64,000 bases of DNA from Eledone cirrhosa (Eukaryota): the NCBI GenBank assembly GCA_964016885.1, contig OZ024740.1, positions 239,258,001-239,322,000 of the forward strand, given 5' to 3'. Positions within the stretch are counted from its first letter, which is position 1. Each line of letters begins with the position of its first letter. The position numbers and the translations under genes were made by a program. Positions 30,520 through 40,741 of the stretch are shown piece after piece. Below the pieces are notes generated by a model. The model saw only the letters and a program-made list of their open reading frames with translations. It did no database searches and was not told the DNA's origin.

Positions 30520-30718
30520 TTTATTATTATTATTATTATTATTATTGAATGCCATGGTTGACGGAGGCTCGGCTCTGTAAGGTATAGTAATTTTTAACCG
30601 TTAAAACAATTGTAAATTGTTTAAAACTTGAACCAAATTGTTGATAAAGACACCCTCCTCCTCGTGAGAGGGGTCTTTCTGTCCGTTATTTGGCCCTTCG
30701 GGGTTAAATAGCCAGTTA

Positions 30719-32860
30719 TTGGGGTTTTGTACCCAAAATTTCATTTTAAACAAAAAAACATGGCTACCAAAAAAAAAAAAATTTCATACGTCACTCCCAC
30801 TCATTCCGTCTTCTTCTTCCTCAATCATCACTACAGGAGAGAGAAGATTGTCTCTCTCCCTCCCTTCTTTAAATGTGTCTCTCTCCCTACCTTCTCTTTC
30901 GCAAGCGACGAAAGAAAAGAAAAGTCTCGTGCAAAGCGTGCAAGGTTTCTCCACGACGACGACGACAGCGACGAAACAGGTGTGCGGGAAATACGAAAAC
31001 CCAGTTCATTCGTCTGACGTCAGGAATAATAGCAGTAGCAGCCGTAATAACAACAGCAACAGTGACAATGAAAACAACAGTAGCAGCCGCAACAGCATCA
31101 CCAGCAGCATAAACAACAACACCATTAGCAGCAGCAACACCAACAACAACCACAGCAACAGCGGCGGAGGCAGTAGTCGTAGTACCTGCAGCAACAACAA
31201 AAGTACCAGCAGCTCTGACGACAACAACAACAGCAGAGAAAAACCAATCTCATTTGCAGGTATTGCGAAAAACCTGGAAACAATCCTCATAACAAATGAG
31301 GAATTAGAGGAAGCGAAGAAGATGGTGACAAAGAACGGACACCGAGCAATCTGCAAGGCAGCGAAAAATTTTTTCGAAACCCAAGAGCACTGTACGGTCA
31401 CGTACCGTACAGTAAGTACAAAATCCCGTAGGGTGGAAAGAGCCACAGAGGCCCAAATACAAAAAGCCTTGGGGTCTGTGTGGCAGAGGAAAACGCACAT
31501 CACCCGAGGCAAAAAATACGCCACCGTAGACGTACTTTTTGCCACACCCCAGGAGGCAAAGGCCCAATCAGTAGTGACCCTAAGGAGCGAGGAAATGGTG
31601 TTGGTGCCCTCCTACTGCGGGCAAAAAATTGTGAGGGTCAAACTGACCCACGTCCCCCCCGGAATGACCCCTTCTTGGCTGGCCGCGTCTGTCCTCGTCG
31701 GAATCGAGGACAAAACAACTGTACTGCAAGTACAGAAAAAAGTAAGAGAAGATTGGGTCGGCTCCTCCATTGAGATGCTAATACAAACCAACCAGGAGTG
31801 CATCGAAGCTATCCCGGATGTGATAGACTTCGATAACGGCACTCAACTGCCCATAAGTGTTGAGGGCAAACGCCCGAAATGCTTTCGCTGTGGATCGAAG
31901 ACTCACCTCAGGGCCTTCTGCAACGAGAAGACCCTGAGAAAGGAGAAAACCCCCCTCCTCCCGAATCCGGTTCCACGGCTACCAGCAACAGGACAAGCGG
32001 CAACCAGGAACGATAGGTCCGTGGCACCCATACCCACTCCACGGAAATCAAAGACAGCAGCAGCAGTGGAAATATTAACAACAACAACAGCAATACCAAA
32101 TGCAGCTGCAACAGAGACTCCAGTGCAAACATCACCAACAACAACAAGTGAAAGAGTGGAGCTGGTACCCCTCCCCGACCTTACAGAATCAGACATGGAG
32201 TGTGAGGTGGGAGAGGGATGGCAAAAGGTCTCAAGAAGGCACAAACGCAGAAGCAGCGCATCGTCGCCTTTGAAAAGGGAGGAAAGAAATGAGAAAAGGG
32301 TAAAGTCTACTGCAAAGAGACCCACAGCAGCAACACCACCAACACCATCACCACCCACACCAGCACCACCATCACCACCGGCGACAACCCCACCGCCAAC
32401 AACACCTTCAACACCACCACCACAAGCACCAACATCGCAAACACAACAACAAAACACACACACCCAGCAACAACGACAAGAAAATAGCAGAACCACACCC
32501 CACCCCCAGAAAAACAAATGCACGGCAATAAACACACACAACAAGAAACTAATGACTTACATAATTGAACACACAGACATTTCACAACAGGACTACATAA
32601 TACCAGCACCAATCAAAACGCCAACTAACATAAGACTGCTAAAAATAGCACAGAAACAATACACAAACATTAAAACGAAATTCCCCAACGCAGTTGGTGA
32701 TTTCAGGGACCTAGGAGGAACCATTAATCGAAGAGTATATTCAGACATTCTCTTAGAAGAGCCGACGACCAGCCGAAGGGACGATTCAACGGTCCCTTCA
32801 CCAGACGATCAAGTGAAAAGGGATGTAAAAACCATCCCTCCTCTACCAAAAATACGGTAA
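30719..32860 (+). CDS. LINE ORF1 (gag-like, CCHC zinc knuckle); start codon uncertain
   Basis: Open frame of 713 codons; CFRCGSKTHLRAFC knuckle, GWQKVSRRHKRR basic motif, N/S-rich and P/T-rich linkers. Confidence 0.85.
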   Translation: MGFCTQNFILNKKTWLPKKKKFHTSLPLIPSSSSSIITTGERRLSLSLPSLNVSLSLPSLSQATKEKKSLVQSVQGFSTTTTTATKQVCGKYENPVHSSDVRNNSSSSRNNNSNSDNENNSSSRNSITSSINNNTISSSNTNNNHSNSGGGSSRSTCSNNKSTSSSDDNNNSREKPISFAGIAKNLETILITNEELEEAKKMVTKNGHRAICKAAKNFFETQEHCTVTYRTVSTKSRRVERATEAQIQKALGSVWQRKTHITRGKKYATVDVLFATPQEAKAQSVVTLRSEEMVLVPSYCGQKIVRVKLTHVPPGMTPSWLAASVLVGIEDKTTVLQVQKKVREDWVGSSIEMLIQTNQECIEAIPDVIDFDNGTQLPISVEGKRPKCFRCGSKTHLRAFCNEKTLRKEKTPLLPNPVPRLPATGQAATRNDRSVAPIPTPRKSKTAAAVEILTTTTAIPNAAATETPVQTSPTTTSERVELVPLPDLTESDMECEVGEGWQKVSRRHKRRSSASSPLKREERNEKRVKSTAKRPTAATPPTPSPPTPAPPSPPATTPPPTTPSTPPPQAPTSQTQQQNTHTQQQRQENSRTTPHPQKNKCTAINTHNKKLMTYIIEHTDISQQDYIIPAPIKTPTNIRLLKIAQKQYTNIKTKFPNAVGDFRDLGGTINRRVYSDILLEEPTTSRRDDSTVPSPDDQVKRDVKTIPPLPKIR

Positions 32861-32895
32861 GTGGTCTTTCCCATCTTTTCCACTCTATTTTAAAC

Positions 32896-35800
32896 ATGAC
32901 CTCACTCAGAATAGGCAGCATAAATGCGCGTGGCTTGGGGTCGTCATGGAAGCAGGGTCACCTGCTCAACGACCTCAGGTCACTAAACATAGATGTAGTG
33001 GCCATCAGCGAGACCAGAATCTCCGAAGCACGGGCCTTCGCACCGATCTTCGGCGGCTACGATGTGTACGCATCTCCCAGCCGTCCTGGATCGGGTGGAG
33101 GAGTTGCTGTGCTTTTTCGGAGAGGTTTGGATCTCGCCATACGGGCCATCTTCCTGGACCCAGAGGGTAAGCTGGTGGTGCTGGACGTGACCAGCGGAGA
33201 CGGGCAAGCTTTCAGGCTAGTGGCCGTCTATGCCCCGACAGGAGCAGGGCGGCCTGATTTCTTCCGGCGTCTGGAGACCTTTCTTGGAACGTCGCGCTCT
33301 TTAGTGTTAGTGGGCGACTGGAACGGGATCTTAGATGCACGCTGGGACTGTGTGGGATTAGCGGATAGGGGTGGAGGGTGCAAGAGCCTCACCAACCTGC
33401 TCAGGCGTTTTGAACTGTCTGACAGGTACCGATTGGATTTCCCGAATGTGCCAATGTGGACTTGGACAAACCGCATAGGGTCATCCAGATCATATCTAGA
33501 TAGAGTATTTTGTAGGGAAATAGATAGGTCTAGCATAGGCTGTCCACAATTCAAGATAGTCAGCTACACGGACCACAAATTCGTGATCTGTGTGCTTGAC
33601 TTAGATAGGCTTCATAGACGAGGACCCGGCTACTGGAAGCTAAACGCGTCCTTACCAGCGCGCAAGGCCTACAGAGACCGGATTAGCGAACTAGTTAAGC
33701 GGGCGTTGACGGGGGCCATCGTCAACAACAAGTGGTGGTTTGCTCTGAAAAGAGCGATTAGAATAGAATCGATTAGGTTTAGTAAGGCTTTAGCAATAGA
33801 GAAAAATAGAGCAGAGGGAGAACTAGTTAGAAAATTAGACGAGGCGCTTAGCAAAGGCATTGCGACCGACGTGCTTGCGGCGAAATTGGCCCTTGACCAA
33901 TTCTTCAATGCAAAGCACGAAGGCTGCGTTGTCAGAGCTAGGGTGCGTGCTCTCAGACACGAGGGGACGAAAGCCGTTCAATGGGCCCGAGTGGCGGAGG
34001 CGCGTCGTGGCAACAAAGCCACGATCCGGTCTTTGGTGGACCACGACGGGCGCATGCTACTCGATCCCGGGCAAATGTGTGAAGCTTTTCAGCGACACTT
34101 CGCTCAGCTGTTCGGGGGCAGCGGGGGGCCGGGTAGAGGGATGGACTTTAGTGTCTACCTCGACGGACTGCCGCGGCTCTCGGCCACTGAGGCGAAGTGT
34201 TGCGAAAAGCCGATAACAGCCGCTGAAGTAAGGGAGGCAATGACTGGCTGCACAAGGGGTAAATCGCCTGGTTTGGATGGTCTGCCCTATGAACTTTACG
34301 TACAGATGCCAGACTTGTTCGGAGGCCTCTTGGCGGACGTCTACTGCAACTGGCAACAGAACGGGAGAATTCCCAGTTCTGTGAGCCGAGGAGCGGTGGC
34401 ACTGCTGAGAAAGGATCCGAACAAGGGGGATAACATAGACAATTTCCGGCCCATAACTCTGCTAAACACAGAGTTTAAGATTTTGGCCAAGGTGCTAGCA
34501 AAGAGGTTGGCGCTTGTCGTTGGTGGTCTGGTGGGAGAGGCGCAGACATGCGCCATTCCCGACAGATCCATCCACGACAACCTCCACCTCATGCGATACA
34601 TCGTAGAGAGGGTAGCTAGGGAACCTGGCACGGGTGGGTCCTTGATCAATTTAGATCAGTCGAAAGCTTTCGATAGGGTCGACCATCGTTACCTAGCGGC
34701 AGTCCTGAGGGCGGCTGGCTTTGGGCCCGTCTTCAGAGGCTGGATCGCTGCCATGCACAGCGACATCTGCTCTGTGGTGAGAGTGAACGGTCACCTGTCG
34801 GAACCGTTCAACATCATGCGCTCGGTCCGCCAAGGATGTCCCCTCTCGTCCCTCTTGTACGTATTGACTCTCGAGCCATTACTGCACAAACTGGAGACGT
34901 TGAGGGGAGTCCCGCGCGAACTAGGATGCGGAAGATCCGTGTCAGCATATGCGGACGATGTCACCGTAGTGGTGTCGAACGCCAAACACATCGAGGCGAT
35001 CGGCACTACACTAAGAGAATACGAAGCGGTGACAGGAGCAATGATCAACCAGGAAAAGTCAGTGGGCCTGCAGCTCGGCACCTGGAGAGGCAGGTCCATG
35101 CCGTCCAACAGCGTCGTCGGGCGCTGGACGGACGGACCGGTTAAATTGCTAGGGGTCTGGTTCGGTCCGGACCTCCAGACGGACAAAAACTGGGACGAGG
35201 TGACGAGCAGGGTGGCTTCTCTCACCCAGAAATGGGCGGAGAGGAAGCTATCCCTGAAAGGTCGAGCGGAGGTGGCTAACGCGTACATCGCGTCTGTCAT
35301 CTGCTACCGCCTAACCGTCGTACCTTGTCCTAAGCCTCGCCTGACTGCGCTGGAGCGTTTGCTCTTTCGCTTTTTGTGGAAGGGACGTGCTCCGATGGTC
35401 AGGCGGTCCATCTGTTGTCAACACCCGCTACGTGGAGGGCTGGGCATGCCGTGGCTGATGATGCGCAGGCACGCGCTCAGGCTACGACATCTCCACCTCT
35501 TCCTCGACGGTGATCAGGTGTGGTCGCCGTTTGCTAGACGCGTTTTTCCCCAGCTCGTTTCCTTGACGGAGCTGCAGTCCTGGGTCAAGCGAAGACCGAG
35601 AGGGAGCGCCTGGAGACTGGAATGTCTTCAGGCGCTCACAGCCCTCGACCAATCGGGCAATGTGATCGGTGGAAACTCCACCTCGGCGTTCTATAGAGGA
35701 TTAGTGGAGGGGAAGAGCGACGACGTACTTGGGGAAACTCTAGGCGTCGACGAAAATCAACTAGCCAATCTCTTCGGAAGAACCTTCGGGCCAGGGCCTA

Positions 35801-36315
35801 TGGACAACTTCCAGAAATCTCTGGCCTGGCAGTGCTACCGAGGAGCCTTGCCAGTTCGGGATAAACTCTACAGGCATGGAGGTGCCGTCAGCCGGGCATG
35901 TCCGAGATGCGCGCAGGGCGACGAAACCGTCCTGCACGCACTCGTCCAGTGTCCGAAAATTGCTGACTTGTGGGTTTATGTCGAACACCTGCTGTCGCGT
36001 TTAGGACGGATCCAGCTATCATCTGAGTCTATCGTGAGGATTGCCCCGCCCTCCTCCTTTAGCCGGGAAGGGCAGGCAGTTTTTATCTGTCTGGTGGCCA
36101 TGGCGAAAGAGATAGTATGGTGGACACGTTTGAAAGGGCTGAAGACGAGCACTTACCTCTTCGGTGATGCTCTGATTGACTTTTTCAAATTTCATTTGAA
36201 AAGGAAAATCAGAGTAGAGAAGGAAGTGCTCTCTTCCCAGCATTTTGTTGAAAGATGGGTGAGAGAAGCAAGAATGGCCCGAGTGAATGGGCCGACTCTG
36301 AGTATATATCTGTAA
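32896..36315 (+). CDS. LINE ORF2: APE endonuclease, reverse transcriptase, C-terminal CCHC
   Basis: SINARGL, SET, VYAP, GDWN, YLDR, TDH (APE); PGYWKLN; KSPGLDG, FRPITLLN, DQSKAFDRV, QGCPLS, YADD (RT); CPRC-x8-H-x4-C; 1139 aa with no interruption. Confidence 0.97.
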   Translation: MTSLRIGSINARGLGSSWKQGHLLNDLRSLNIDVVAISETRISEARAFAPIFGGYDVYASPSRPGSGGGVAVLFRRGLDLAIRAIFLDPEGKLVVLDVTSGDGQAFRLVAVYAPTGAGRPDFFRRLETFLGTSRSLVLVGDWNGILDARWDCVGLADRGGGCKSLTNLLRRFELSDRYRLDFPNVPMWTWTNRIGSSRSYLDRVFCREIDRSSIGCPQFKIVSYTDHKFVICVLDLDRLHRRGPGYWKLNASLPARKAYRDRISELVKRALTGAIVNNKWWFALKRAIRIESIRFSKALAIEKNRAEGELVRKLDEALSKGIATDVLAAKLALDQFFNAKHEGCVVRARVRALRHEGTKAVQWARVAEARRGNKATIRSLVDHDGRMLLDPGQMCEAFQRHFAQLFGGSGGPGRGMDFSVYLDGLPRLSATEAKCCEKPITAAEVREAMTGCTRGKSPGLDGLPYELYVQMPDLFGGLLADVYCNWQQNGRIPSSVSRGAVALLRKDPNKGDNIDNFRPITLLNTEFKILAKVLAKRLALVVGGLVGEAQTCAIPDRSIHDNLHLMRYIVERVAREPGTGGSLINLDQSKAFDRVDHRYLAAVLRAAGFGPVFRGWIAAMHSDICSVVRVNGHLSEPFNIMRSVRQGCPLSSLLYVLTLEPLLHKLETLRGVPRELGCGRSVSAYADDVTVVVSNAKHIEAIGTTLREYEAVTGAMINQEKSVGLQLGTWRGRSMPSNSVVGRWTDGPVKLLGVWFGPDLQTDKNWDEVTSRVASLTQKWAERKLSLKGRAEVANAYIASVICYRLTVVPCPKPRLTALERLLFRFLWKGRAPMVRRSICCQHPLRGGLGMPWLMMRRHALRLRHLHLFLDGDQVWSPFARRVFPQLVSLTELQSWVKRRPRGSAWRLECLQALTALDQSGNVIGGNSTSAFYRGLVEGKSDDVLGETLGVDENQLANLFGRTFGPGPMDNFQKSLAWQCYRGALPVRDKLYRHGGAVSRACPRCAQGDETVLHALVQCPKIADLWVYVEHLLSRLGRIQLSSESIVRIAPPSSFSREGQAVFICLVAMAKEIVWWTRLKGLKTSTYLFGDALIDFFKFHLKRKIRVEKEVLSSQHFVERWVREARMARVNGPTLSIYL

Positions 36316-36576
36316 ACTAAAGGTGGAAAACTGGGAGAGGGCACTTGCCTTGGTGGTCAGGGTCATTGTGGCTTTTTACTGGGCTTTCTCCACAAATGTC
36401 CCTCCGAAGTCTCCCCCCTATTGGGGAATTTTTCATTGTTATTTTCATTGTTATTTTTGTTACATCCTCTATTTTTGTTTTTTTTACACGCAGAAATGCC
36501 CATTTGTACCGTCCTGCATTGTCCTGCACTGTCCTTAATGTCTACTTTATGTAAACCCTTGTGGTTAATAAAGAAA

Positions 36577-36627
<51 letters not shown>

Positions 36628-36812
36628 GGGCGGTGGATTGGCAGTATCGGTAGAGGGTCGGACGCCATGCTTTCCAGCATAGTTACGTCCCTTTACGATC
36701 TGAGTTCAAATCCCGCCGAGGTTGACTTTGCCTTTCATCCTTACGCGGTCGATAAAATAAAGTACCAGTAATGCACTGGATAATTGCTGGCCTTGTGCCT
36801 AAAGTAGAAACA

Positions 36813-36863
<51 letters not shown>
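36628..36863 (+). mobile_element. SINE, full length, with long (ATT)n tail
   Basis: Starts directly after the Tx1 (ATT)n; consensus-like sequence. Confidence 0.92.
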
Positions 36864-38118
36864 GAGAATATACAGCATTATTATATATTTATTCATATCT
36901 GTATACCACGGTTTATTTCAGTGCAGCAGTAAATTCTTCATAGAACTTTTGGTAATATATATATATATATATATGGCTAATGTTAAAATATTTTGAAAAA
37001 GAGAAAAAAATCAATAATAGAATCTGTCACTATTGTTATTGATGAGAATTCTAGAAAAAAAACATCGTTTTAACATCTAACCCATTTTATTTGTATATGA
37101 GAGTAAAATAATACTTTGGTTATTGTTATTTGAATGTTCACAACACTCACTCTTTAGATACATTTATAGTTTATCTCCATTTTATCCAATGTTATTTTTT
37201 CATTAAGCTGACAGTTTTTCATCTTTTTTTTGCGGCATCCAACATCACAAAGAAAGCAAAGCCATTGTGCAACATTCGAAAATTCGGTTTTGCTAGAAAT
37301 ACGTTTCTAAGTAAATTTAGACTTAGACGTAAAGACGACAAAAGCATTACTGTCGTTTTAAGCTCGAGTCTACTATGATTAATTTCCAAATTAGAAAAAA
37401 AAACAAACAAAAAAAGTACAAGCAAGCATTTCAAAATTGTTGGCTGATTAATGGTACGAAAATACAAAATGATAAGGAGACTGTGTAATATTCTAATGAA
37501 AATACCCACTACTAGCGATACAATATTGAAGGATAATTGTTATTTAACTGAAATTAAGGAAAATGTCTTCGTATTGAAATATTGGCGAGTGACGGAGACA
37601 CTATGCTACCGCTTAACTTATTAGAGTTAACAGTCAAATCTTATCAAATACACTACACTCTTTAAAATAAAAGGAAACGTTGTACAATATAGTCTCTAAT
37701 ATACTAAAGACGGGTGAATACATTTGGAAGAAAACCTTATTTAAAAGGATTCGTGAGACATAAATCTGAACTCAGCTATTGTCGATTTCCTATTTATACA
37801 ACCTCTATTCTTACATATACCTTTAAGATACAAACACACTGATTTGTTCCACTTATCTCTTCTTGGAACTTTAATGCTACCAACATCTCTCAGCTCTATG
37901 GTGAGATCGTAAAGTAATACAGGGCAACGTTTTAACATGCCACTGAGTCTATATCGTAGCTTCTATAACATATCTTCTGTAGTTATGACAGGATCAGGGC
38001 AGAGATATTTCAGATGCTTTCAGATCCTCTACGAAACGTTTGCCAACATTTTCAAAAGCTATCGTAGCTTTTTCTTTCAGGATGCCATTGATAGTACCTT
38101 CACCTATATAGAATTAAT

Positions 38119-38307
38119 TATTTCTACTTTTGGCAAAAGGCCAGCAATTATCCCAGTGTATTACTGGTACTTTATTTTATCGACCCCGTAAGGATGAAAG
38201 GCAAAGTTAATCTCGGCGGGATTTGAACTCAGATCATAAAGGGCCGTAACTCTTTGCTGCAAAGCATGGCGTCGGACCCTCTACCGATACTGCCAATCCA
38301 CCACCCT
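38119..38307 (-). mobile_element. SINE, full length, with 17-bp TSD
   Basis: ACCTATATAGAATTAAT at 38102-38118 and 38308-38324. Confidence 0.92.
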
Positions 38308-38504
38308 ACCTATATAGAATTAATGATAATAATTTTGCACACGCGAGTATTTGTTAAAAAAGTCGATTGAATGACGTCGGTCATACATATATTTATATTG
38401 ATCTAGGCGGTATGTAAACCTAGAACATATAGAGTCGAAATTGAATACTGTAAAGTAATTTGTTCAGCGATCTGCAGCTCCTGCCACTTCTCTGCCACTT
38501 CCTG

Positions 38505-38508
38505 GTTG

Positions 38509-38581
<73 letters not shown>

Positions 38582-38644
38582 CACTACTGCTGCTGCTGCT
38601 GCTACTACTACTACTACTACTATTACCACTACTGCTGCTGCTGG

Positions 38645-38712
<68 letters not shown>
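38505..38712. repeat. (GCT)n/(ACT)n trinucleotide microsatellite
   Basis: Visible directly. Confidence 0.95.
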
Positions 38713-39129
38713 TTTTCATTAACAGTGTTTCATTTGCAATTTCTTCACCCGAAATCAAAACCATTGGTATATCTGGAATAGTATTTCATATCCAGAAAAT
38801 AGCAATATTAGGGTCTGTAAATGATATAGAATTCTCAGAAAATATTTATTAAATATTCGTATGCCTGTCTTATAGGTGACATATAATTATCAATGCGAGT
38901 AAGGAAATTCATACAATCCCACGGGTTCCTGCTATTTTCCAGTTGTAGAGATAGAAGTAATTATCTTCTGGCGAGCGAGTTGAATGTAAATTCTGTTTTC
39001 AAATAATTACCAAAGTTAATAGTGTTATAGAGAAAAGCGTGGAATTCATAAGTTACCATTTCTCTTTTTTGGAAAAATATATATTTCCGCGTCAAAACTC
39101 ACCGTAAACATATCCAGAGTTATCTTCTA

Positions 39130-39191
<62 letters not shown>

Positions 39192-39195
<4 letters not shown>

Positions 39196-39520
39196 GGAGA
39201 TGAGTTCTATTGTAGCACAATAAAGCAATGCAAATATCGGATAAGTAGCACTCTACAGTTTGTAGGACTGGAGTATAAATAATTGTTTCTACTTTAGGCA
39301 CCATTACTGGTACTTTATTTTATCGACCCCGTAAGGATGAAAGCAAAGTCAACCTCGACTGGAGTATAAATAATATAAGATCAAAAGATGGTTAAAAGAG
39401 TTCCAAGTATTTTATTATGCGTATTTTATCTGATGAAAACGCAGATATCATCCCATGATGATATTTGTTTTTGAAATGCGCATAATAAAATACTTGGAAC
39501 TCTTTTAACCATCTTTTGAT

Positions 39521-39525
<5 letters not shown>
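39192..39525. mobile_element. Fold-back element family A between (TA)n tracts, with hammerhead; interrupted by a SINE fragment
   Basis: Inverted arms ~39375-39421 and 39479-39525; SINE fragment 39284-39356 (-) with 18-bp TSD GACTGGAGTATAAATAAT at 39266-39283 and 39357-39374. Confidence 0.85.
39421..39493 (+). ncRNA. Type I hammerhead ribozyme with palindromic stem III
   Basis: GTATTTTAT CTGATGA AAAC GCAGATATCATC CCAT GATGATATTTGT TTTT GAA ATGCGCAT A ATAAAATAC: perfect 9-bp stem I, long stem II, AUA site. Confidence 0.88.
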
Positions 39526-39562
<37 letters not shown>

Positions 39563-39564
<2 letters not shown>

Positions 39565-40432
39565 AAATTAAGATAAATCAAATGAATTTAATCTAAATCA
39601 AAATTATGGGTGTCATGCCAGAAAGACATGCGCCATATCACCCGCAAAATAAGCTCTAAGATTCTAACGAGTAGGTCCGAGCATTTTATAATAACTAGAG
39701 ATTGATTAACATATAAATAAACATGAATAATCACAGGAGATAATTTTTACAAGTGTGTAACCACACATAGCTAGGTAGGTAACTAAATAAAGTTGACCAG
39801 AACTTCAAAAATAGATACCTTATAATATGATTAATATTCCCTGTATATATTCCATTAAAGAAATATATTTCACCAATTCATCAGATGGTAAACCACAGAA
39901 GTGGAGGATTTTCAACAAGGAAGAAGTTCCAGCAATCCGTGTTTACACTTCAAGTTCAAATCAGCGACTGGCCATCACCACGTGTAGTATTTACTAGAAA
40001 TACACACACCATACTAGCTTCGTCCCAGTAGCGTGAATAGGGTTATCGACAACTAGAAACAGCAGTCGAGTCCTTTCAACAGAGTTAGCTCTACAATTAA
40101 GGAGCCGTATTTATATATCTATATCCAAAATTAAGATAAATCAAATGAATTTAATCTAAATCAAAATTATGGATGTCATGCCAGAAAGACATGCGCCATA
40201 TCATCCGAAAAATAAGCTCTAAGATTCTAACGAGTAGGTCCGAGCATTTTATAATAACTAGAGATTGATTAACATATAAATAAACATGAATAATCACAGG
40301 AGATAATTTTTACAAGTGTATAACCACACATAGCTAGGTAGGTAACTAAATAAAGTTGACCAGAACTTCAAAAATAGATACCTTATAATATGATTAATTA
40401 TCTCCTGTGATTATTCATCTCTAGTTATTATA
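39563..40432. mobile_element. Non-coding partial-tandem element with 273-bp direct repeats and an inverted terminal fragment (Penelope pLTR-like)
   Basis: 39563-39835 repeats at 40126-40398 with 4 substitutions seen; 40396-40432 is inverted pieces of the repeat; (TA)n on both sides. Confidence 0.85.
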
Positions 40433-40471
40433 TATATATATATGCTAATAACATAACTGTTTCTTTTGCAG

Positions 40472-40586
40472 TGCATTTTTTAACGTCTCTCATCTGTGGG
40501 TCAACAATTGGCTCAAGATATTTAAGAGGACTATATTGGAAATTCAAACGATATTTACTCTAATTTCGTAATAGTTTATCGTCAAA
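40472..40586 (+). other. Candidate host-gene exon, probably non-coding 5'UTR
   Basis: Branch-like GCTAAT, then TGTTTCTTTTGCAG acceptor; AAA|GTAAAT donor; 71-nt gap to the next acceptor; stops in all three frames. Confidence 0.35.
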
Positions 40587-40657
40587 GTAAATATATATAG
40601 AATATTACATCTTGTTATTGATTAATTTGAAATAACATTCTTATATTTTCTTTTTAG

Positions 40658-40741
40658 GGTATGTGCAGAATTTCCATAAACCTTGCAATAAACTACTTCT
40701 GGTTCACTGCCCGGAGAATTATGCCAATGTGACCATGATGA
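40658..40741 (+). CDS. Candidate host-gene exon, 84 nt; product unidentified
   Basis: TATTTTCTTTTTAG acceptor and GTGAGT donor; one open frame YVQNFHKPCNKLLLVHCPENYANVTMM, or UTR ending in an ACCATG start. Confidence 0.55.

Larger units (their letters stand above)
30547..36578 (+). mobile_element. Full-length L1/Tx1-clade LINE inserted in (ATT)n
   Basis: 5'UTR, ORF1, ORF2, 3'UTR with AATAAA at 36567-36572; (ATT)n on both sides (30519-30546 and 36579-36626); no poly-A tail. Confidence 0.93.

Noticed and set aside
31006-36366. Short antisense and alternate-frame ORFs within the LINE
   Set aside because: Expected by-products of GC-rich coding sequence and low-complexity ORF1 linkers.
38420-38852. 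Poly-Thr/Ala, poly-Val and poly-Leu ORFs
   Set aside because: Translations of a trinucleotide microsatellite.
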